In this document: positions 55,833 through 64,000 of the stretch, one piece after another
How positions within the stretch are numbered: position 1 is the stretch's first letter
Layout: each line of letters begins with the position of its first letter
Source of the DNA: Marsupella aquatica
Taxonomy: Eukaryota > Plantae > Marchantiophyta
Direction of reading: 5' to 3'
Assembly (NCBI GenBank): GCA_973895155.1
Contig: OZ316896.1
Span: forward strand, 16,221,652-16,285,651
Length of the DNA: 64,000 bases
Notes under the pieces: generated by a model
Database searches by the model: none
What the model saw: only the letters and a program-made list of their open reading frames with translations
Told to the model about the DNA's origin: nothing
Program-made: the position numbers and the translations under genes

Positions 55833-57597
55833 TTTATGTATAAAAGAAGTCTCCCAGGAATCTAACAAAAAATAAGCTCGGAGATGGATTGCCAATCACT
55901 CTACTCGTCCAAAACTTGAGAAAATGTCTACTAATGCCCTCGTCCCAAGTAAGAGCCCCAGGACAGGTTAACAAAAATCGGTAAAAAAAACCAATGGCCC
56001 TGCCAATAAATTGTAAATGAAAATACAAAGAAAAACAAGAAACACGTATTTGATTACCGAAATCGTGCTCTTGGTAAACAGTCGGCTTTGAATTTGGATC
56101 GAGAAACGGATATGGATGTCACGAACGGCACATCAGTCTGGTTACTGTAGAACTCACCCGGCAAACGTCCGGTTCGTCAAGCGTGTAGTACAGTTCACTA
56201 CACTACAGTCACTGTAGAGACCACATCCCACCTGACTGCCCTGTACAGTTGTAATCGCGAGGGAGACGGCGACGGCGCACAGTTGTAGAAAGGCCGTCGG
56301 TAGAATGAGCCGCGCACGTGATCGTGTCCAAAGAAGGCGGCCACAAAGACGAAAACGAAAGCGAAAGCGAAGGCGAAAACCCTACAGTTCGCGATTCGCG
56401 ATTGCCTGCGCCCAGTGTTGCAGGCACATGGGGGCAAAACACACAGGACCGAACACTTCGCGAGCGACAGTGACGATGAGTGCGTTCCAGAATGGTTGGG
56501 ATTGTGGTGGCTGGCGATGGTGGGATTATGGTGGCGAAAAGCAGGCTGTCGGACCGTGACGCCCTTCTCCACTCCTCTGCTCATCTCGACTTCACTGGAA
56601 GCACGACCGCTGCCAACTGCCCGATGCAGGGTTTTTGTTTGTCGCAAAGACGATTCACGTGCTCTGCTGCGAAGGATTTGATCTTGATCGGTCTGGAGTC
56701 TACACAACCCTATCCTGCTCGCATTCTTCGTGTCATTCTTCCCAGTCGATCAGATCTAATCCACAGAGTCCTTTAGTGAAAGTGGGCACAGAATGTTCCT
56801 GACTGACAGAGAGAGGGTTTGGGATTCTTTCCGCTGTTTAGTTGGGTTTTTAGCCATCGGGATTTAATCCATTCGGACTTGTAGAGAGAACTTACTGCCA
56901 GCAAAGCTAACAATCGTCCACGACGTACAGAAGACTGTACACAATTCTGTCACATCCAACCGGATTGATTCCAAGAATTGTCGTTCTTCTGACCTACTGT
57001 TCCTTTGACTTCCATTTTTTCTTCTTAAATTCCAGTACTGGAATACTGTACTGGATTTGTGAGAAAAAGCAGAATTTTGATTCCATTTTTCTGTTGGAAA
57101 GCTTTCTGCCAAACCTACCGTGGTCAGCCATCCGTTGAATTATAATCTGTAATTTTTGTTGTCGAATCTCAAGAAATTATCCATGCACCCAGAGTGAGCT
57201 TTTTTAGTTGACGAATCTAAAAACCTTATCCATGCACCCAAAGTGACCTTTTGAGTATCATACCCTCGTACTACAATGATTAAACTTAGATCCCTTCAAG
57301 ATTTTTCACTGATTTTTCACTTTGTATTTCTCTGTACTTTACTCTGTGGGCATTCTCAGACTTGTCCACTACTAGTCTGTTCGTACAAAAAATGTTCTCA
57401 AATTGCATGAAATTTGAGTGTCGTAAGTATGGAGAATCTGAAATTGTAGGAGCGAAAAATCTTTCACTGATAAGAGTGTAATAACTCTAAAATGATAGTC
57501 TCTCAAAAGTTGGGGCCCTCGGTTTTGAGGACATTATAGCGCACAATCGGAAGGTAGTGTGTATTATTTTGCATAGACAGAATCAGGCATCAGGAAA

Positions 57598-57705
57598 AGG
57601 GGTCAATTATTGACTATGGGTACCCCACTCCATCTCTTAAAACAACCACTGCCGGGTCACTTTATTGACTTTGGTTGTCCCACTCCATCTCTTAAACCAC
57701 CACCG
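57598..57705. repeat. ~57-bp tandem duplication
   Basis: gggtca..ttattgact.tgg...cccactccatctcttaaa x2. Confidence 0.75.
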
Positions 57706-60238
57706 TCACTCAACCCCTGAGAGCGTGTCCAAAGGTTCCTGGGGATGGTTACTGTAAGGAGTGTATATCCAACACTCTCTTTTTCAGTTTACTGTCAGTA
57801 GCAATCATGGTCAAATGAAACTCATCCTCAACCCCTACTGGATAATGTCTTCACCCTAGAAATAAGCTTCAACCACAGCATATAGTAGAATCTTGAAAAC
57901 CCAACAAGAAACCCACTAGAAATGCAAAACTGTATATTGTCTCCCAAATAGAGATCCACTCACCAAAAAACCTAATGCCTGAAAATCAGTAGGACTCATT
58001 CTCCTCTTTTTAGTCCCTTTCATTGATCATAGTGGGCCCATCATGGCTGAGAGCTGCTTTTCTGCCTTTTGTTCGATTTTTGGACCCATATCTACAATTG
58101 CTTCTCAACCTTAAAAATGATTATCAAACTCGGGACCTTTTCAATTGCCAAGACGAGGACAATAAAGCCTTTCTTCCCCTTTGCCACTATTAAAATATAG
58201 ATTCGAAGGAAATGATTATAAATACCGCAAACACTGATGTATTCTTGGAGCGTTCTCCAGGATATCCCAGAAATATTTATTTCTCAGTTCTTCAAACATA
58301 ACGATGAGTATGCCCCAATAGGCATGAATGGAAGGGTTATGATCTGGATAATATGAGGCCTACTGTAGTGGAAATCCCCCAAGCAAAGCCTAAACCTAGC
58401 CTCCCAGCCCCAAAGCACCAGCACGTGTGCATTTCTGGACGTATTTTGTGGTTTCATGGAGTTTTGTTGGAAGCGGGGTGGGTCACTCCTACTTGCAGTG
58501 CCATGGGAGTCCCAGGTCCTTGCTTGTGGGTTCAAATGCAACATATTACAAATGTGTTATCAGCCAAAGGAGCTTGTGGTAGAAGTAGGAATTATACTAA
58601 AATTAAAATTTATTTAAACCAAAGTTATCCCCGCAAGCTACTTGCATATATTGCTCAAAGGCAATTTTGCCTTGAATCAAACGAACTAACAAAAAGTGAC
58701 AATCATTCGACTTGGAAGAAGTAAGCCACGAAGAATCGGACCTTCCAGATGGTGAACATTATCAGGGCTTGGACGAGTATATATCGAGCTGACTTGGAGA
58801 ACCTATCTTCCAATCTGTTTTTTACGATTGGAAACCTAGACAGATTGCTGTGTGGTGCTCACACTGTCTCACAGAGTTGACGGGCTATTCCACATTCAAC
58901 GAACCAATAGAGAACTAAAACCCATATCGACTTTCTTTTCTCCAGTGCCTTTCGTCCTCATTTTTCCAGGTTTTCCAGTATCTGATAAAGATTTGAGTTT
59001 TACTCCTGTCAACTGTTCAATCTCAGTCCGATTGTCTCTTGGTGAGTCGGTTAATTAAAATTTTTGTTTTTGGTGAGTTGGTTAATAGTTCTTGGACTTG
59101 GACGTTGATCTCATTTGGCTGTTTCGATTCTATCGACCTGTACAACTCAGAGAAAATGGCATGACCTCATTTTTTGTTCTCGTGACTGTTCCAGATATAT
59201 CCCACTTGTATCCATGACAAGCCATTTCAGGCCTGAACTCAACGAGAATAGTCTCTTTTCTCCGGATACCATGACAGTGGAATTCCTCCTCTGCTTCAAT
59301 CCTCCGTTTACTCGTTGTCTGGAGACTACAATTACGAGGTACGGTCTTGTTCTCTCGGAGGGGCATTCCACTCAATACTTCTGATATTCCAGCCTGGAAG
59401 TCCCATTTTTGTCGAATGCCTCGCTCCACAATGTTGCCTACAATTATGAAACCGTTCAACAAATTTCCCACAAGCCTACCAAATGGTTTCACCGGTCCCA
59501 GAAACACACCTTTTCAAGATAAGTGACATTCTGACATGAAAAGCATCAAGGCCTACTCCTATCCGTCCTCAAACTGATTCACTCCTGTAGACGACACTGG
59601 ATTCAATACCAGATTCTAGACGCATTTCAACAATTTTTCCCTCATGATGGCTTCCACTAACTTCCACTTTCACACTTCTGCGTGCAAGTCTAAGCTACAC
59701 CACTGACCAACGCATCCCAACTCAACATAGATGGAAGTTCAACTATTCAAACAGGTTGTACACCCACGACTTTGGGTCAGTTTCACAATCTTTTCGAGCT
59801 CTGGTTTACCCTTTTCAGTCTTGGACAGCTGGAAAAAACTCCATGTTCACCTCAACGCCAGAACCTGCACTTGTAGCCAGTGATTGGAAGCAGATTCTAA
59901 TCCACAGAAGCTCCATGGCTACTTCGCTGAGAACTATATAGCCCACGAAGTATAAAAGGTCTCCGTGGAATGAATTCCAACTCAGATGTTGCAAGTGACT
60001 TCTGACCTAACGACTCGAAATCATATAATAGGGATTTTAAGAATTGTAAATATGGGTCAAGAGAACACCACACTGACAAGTGGTGCCTCCAAAAGAATCT
60101 AAGATCTCGCAGAGAAAATGAGTGACAGGAGCCTCGTTTGCTGCTTGTGCATGATAGCTCAATATTGCAGATTCCCGAGATCCCAGACTCAAGCTCAAGC
60201 TACATTCGGGCAACAAAATTGCATCTTTCGGACACCAG

Positions 60239-61359
60239 CTACTGTTTGGATTCGCTTGGAGAACCGCCGGATGGAATTCCGGCAGACTTAGGGCTCGTGT
60301 GCTTCTGTAATTCAGGAAATTCACTGGCTATTGCTTTGTTGACGATATGATCCATTTCTGTATTCAATTTTGCTTCCATCTCTTTCGAGACCTGTTCCGC
60401 AATTGCGTCAACGTACTCTACGGTTGCCTTCTCCTGCATAGTTACAGCTGACGTCAGCTCAATTACAAACTATCGCTTATCCACATCAGCGAGAGAAGGA
60501 AATGCAAAGCCTGAATGAACGACGCAAAGAAACCTTCACTTGGGTTTCTAATATAGCCCAAGTGCCCAGAGCTGCAGCGAGAATACTTTGAAAATCCCAG
60601 TGTGATAGTATATCTGAATGTAGTTGGGAACTGACTCCCGCGTTTTCCTTAAAAATAATTCTAGGTTGAAAGAGACCAGAACAACTTGAAATAAATGATA
60701 CTAAGAAGAATTATTCACCCGAGATGTCCAAAAAGTGGCACTTCATAGATGAAAGTAGACCACTGAAGAGAACAACGAGAACGGATGACGGAATGTAGAA
60801 GGTACAAAGGGAAGACGACTGACTCCAAGTCACTATCATTTGACCTAGGTGCGCAGCCAATATTTTCGTTGTATAATAAATGTTCATCTATACATTTGGG
60901 GTCACTAATCATCCAGGCCAATGAAACATACCGCTTCGACCAAATTTCTCTCCAGAGTCTGCAACTCCTCCACGATCTTCCGAACGTCCCTAAGCGCAGC
61001 TACCTCTCTTTCTTTCTCATGAGCTGCCCGGTGCGTGCGAAGCTTCGATCGCACAGAAATGCACCAACCCAAACTTCAGAGGTCTCAGATGTCATCGACC
61101 GACGGACAAGAGAAGCTTACAGAAAGACGGAGAATGAATGTGCTCGAAATGCCGTACAGATGTTAAAATCTTGCAACTCACAAATCACAGATCGGGCCCC
61201 GCCCACCAACAGACATCCCGACGAGGAAGGAATGGCGATGCTTACCCGAATCAGCTGCTCATGTATGGCAGCAGTCTTTTGCCGAATCTCTTCATCTGGC
61301 AGACCCCGAAGCACGCGAACCATCTCACGTGCCCACCCTACCCATCGTGTGAAGGCCAT
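60239..61359 (-). CDS. Small coiled-coil protein of unknown function (~139 aa); 3 exons
   Basis: Exons 61359-61246, 61042-60932 and 60433-60239 join in frame: MAFTRWVGWAREMVRVLRGLPDEEIRQK...LRDVRKIVEELQTLERNLVEAEKATVEYVDAIAEQVSKEMEAKL. It resembles an uncharacterised plant family (VRxxVEExQxL..LEE.E..IEEY), recalled from memory. Confidence 0.7.
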
Positions 61360-62839
61360 CTCACATCCCCACAACCATCCCCGTCCTCTCTGTCTGTCTG
61401 CCTGACCTTATTCACAAACTCAAAACCAATCAATCAATCAATCAATCCATCAATCAATTAATTTCGTTTCCAACCCCATTCATATTCCGCAATGCTCAAC
61501 AGTGTTCTCCACCGAAGACGATACGATCGCCTTTCGCTGCCATTCGCAGCTCCATCAATCCGGTTATGTCATCATTAGGGTTAAACGAGAGGGCTCGCTA
61601 GCCCGCTACTAGACCAACATCGCCACTCCGTCGCAGTTCAGATCGCCAGTCAATCGTTTCATCAACTTCTCATTTTCAATTTTTCTTTCGAAACCACCTT
61701 CTACTGCACCGTCCACTTCTCTGCATCGACGACATAGTATGTCACCACGGAGGGCCAGAGTCTTGGTACGAAGGAAGCACGGTGAACGAAACCCAGATCT
61801 CGTACCTCAATCACAGCAGCAGCGAACAAATTAGCAGCCCCCGGGTTTTACAAATCATTCTGTCGATGCAGATACTGTAGTCATCGCATTGCCAGGAAAC
61901 TCCCACTCGATGTCGAATTGACACCGCTTGTGGATTGGGTCGATTCCCCTCTCTACACAAACAGATATAACCTCGGACAGTATCTGAATATAAAAACTTT
62001 ACTAAGATACTACTTTTTAAACTTGAATAGGATCTAGAACATGCCTTCACTAACTAGGATGATATGAATATGACGTAGGAAAAGCTACACCAACAGCGTT
62101 TTTGGATCACATTGGAGCTTCTTGGTTTAGAGGGGGGGAGTATCCGAGCTTATGACTCGAATCGACCATATGCCCCTGTGATAAATTACGAAAATACCCT
62201 ATTTCTGGAGGCGCAGTAGCGTCACCTCTCGTTCGGCCCTCCTCACCTTCTCTCCATCAGTCTCTCTCTCTCTGGGAGCGCTCCTTTTTTTCGTGAATTG
62301 GTTCGCACCGATAGTAGTAGGTTGAACCATTTTGTTTAAGCTGAGCAGGAATCTTGTTAGCTCTGTGAATCGCAGTAGCACTCTGTCTCGTTCAAGCCGT
62401 TCGCAACTAGGTCGAAGCATTTTTTCTGAAGCTCAGGCGTCGTAGAAATCTTAGCTCTGCTGTACTCGGACTCTTGTTTTGTTTTCGTTCGCTAGTACAT
62501 TCGGTTGGTTTAGGCATTTTGTCAAAACTCAGCACCGAAAGCTTGGCTTTACAAACACTCTGTTGTTGTTGTTGTCTGTGCACGGGCTTTTCGAGCATTC
62601 GATGATCTTTGAATTTGACGTACGGCACTGAAGTTTCTGCAATGATGGCTCCTGCAGTTCACTTGAACATCTCTGCGGGAATCGGGACTCCCAGTGCTCA
62701 TGGTCTACCAAGCAACTGAAAAAAAAAAAGAATCTCGCCCGGTTTCCTCCCCTATCCGTGCCATTTCTCCCTGCGGACAAGGGCCCTGCGGATGGAAGGA
62801 CAACACTTTTGTTAGGGACAGCCCTCACTTCACTCGGGC

Positions 62840-63793
62840 ATGGCTTCTGCCGCTCAGGCAATCCGTCCGTCTGGTATAGGCGTTGCAAGTTGCTCTGGGA
62901 GCGGAGAGTTGGAGCGTGGAGTAGTCCTCTGGTCTTTTCCCGGTACTGGAAGATTCGTCAACTGGCCGCGGCGGCGTTGTAGCAATTTATCATGGCGAGA
63001 TGGACAGCTCGCGTCAAGTTCGGGGGCGGGAGTCTTTGAGAATTTGGGGTTTAGCACGTTCGTTAGGGGGAGAAGGAAGCAGGGGTTTAACAACCATCCC
63101 GGAAGGTGCTTTTGTTTTTACTATGTAGCGCACAGTCAGGTGCCTGAGACTGAGAGTAGGAAAGTGCGAAAGGAACCTTTGAAGGGGAGAAAGAATAAAA
63201 TTCAAAGCGATGTTGGATCGAAAACTGATGAATCGCCATCGAATGGATTTTCGCATGCACAAGAATCCAGTGATGGTCGAGGCGAGGATCATGAGACTCC
63301 CGAGAATGCAGTAGTAACGAAGAAAACCAGAAAGAAACAGGAAACAATTGGATCCGGGCAGACGGTTGGTGGCACCACAACAGCTGCGCGGAAAGTAGCA
63401 AAGAAGAAAGCAAATATTTTGGAAACCATCGAGGGCCGGGATTCTTCTAGCAATGCAAATGAGACTGATAGACGAAACCCACTAGGGTCGAATAATTATG
63501 AGAATTCGGCTGAAACGAAAGGTGAATCGGGTTTACCTTTAGCACGAGGTAATTATAATGGAGATACGAGGCAGGTCTCAGGGGGCGCTAATGGGGTGGA
63601 TATCGTAGTAGGACAGGAAATCGACCATAGGCGATTGTTCCTGGAGTCAATTATGGAGAGGGCTCGAAGTGGAGATGTAGAAGGTGTGGAGGAAGCTCTC
63701 TCAGAAATGGAGATAGCCGGGATTCAGGCCGGCCCTCGTGCTTATCATGGGCTTGTTGTTTCATATGCTCGGGCACGTGACGCTGAAGGAGCG
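62840..63793 (+). CDS. PTAC3: Plastid transcriptionally active chromosome protein 3 (PPR/SAP protein), first coding exon; the gene continues beyond the window
   Basis: Transit-peptide-like N-terminus, then RRLFLESIMERARSGDVEGV..EMEIAGIQAGPRAYHGLVVSY, matching the pTAC3 N-terminal PPR region; donor GCG|gtatgt at 63793/63794. Confidence 0.85.
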
Positions 63794-64000
63794 GTATGTG
63801 CCCGTTTCTGGTGAACTCTTAAAATCTTTCGCGCATTTCGAGCGACCTTTGCTGACCAACTTCCCGAATTGGTTTTGGTTTTGAGTACTGTGTCTCGTCC
63901 GGCTAAAGAGCTGACGGCCGTCAGAGACACTTGAGATATGGTGTATTTCAACCTCTTGTTCCATTTATTTACCCCCATGATTTAGCTATGGCTTCTTACC

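Noticed and set aside
60785-61405. 206-aa plus-strand ORF
   Set aside because: Antisense to the spliced minus-strand coiled-coil gene, with no domain signal.

Overview
Eukaryotic nuclear DNA from a land plant, most likely a non-seed plant with flagellated sperm (bryophyte, lycophyte or fern), inferred from a MOK/LF4-type kinase, plant-type intron positions and telobox-rich promoters. I reconstructed spliced gene models by hand using GT-AG boundaries and frame checks. They are: a small Lys-rich protein (805-1373 +), an intronless DUF212/vanadium-haloperoxidase-related protein (8814-9350 +), NRPB9 (-), the Fe-S scaffold ISU1 (-), a DEN-box/D-box PATRONUS/securin-like protein (-), a C-factor-like SDR (+), a 14-exon MOK/LF4 kinase (+), beta-tubulin (-), a small coiled-coil protein (-) and the first exon of pTAC3 (+). 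Intergenic DNA holds an 18-copy ~52-bp minisatellite, three ~230-bp non-autonomous Helitrons (two of them head-to-tail), small palindromic elements, decayed retroelement fragments and many short tandem duplications. The top candidates for novelty are an AUG-less, strongly GC3-biased membrane-protein ORF in the apparent 5' leader of ISU1, a putative non-seed-plant securin, and kinase-like 'ghost' sequence inside MOK introns. No database searches were run; identities come from remembered family motifs.
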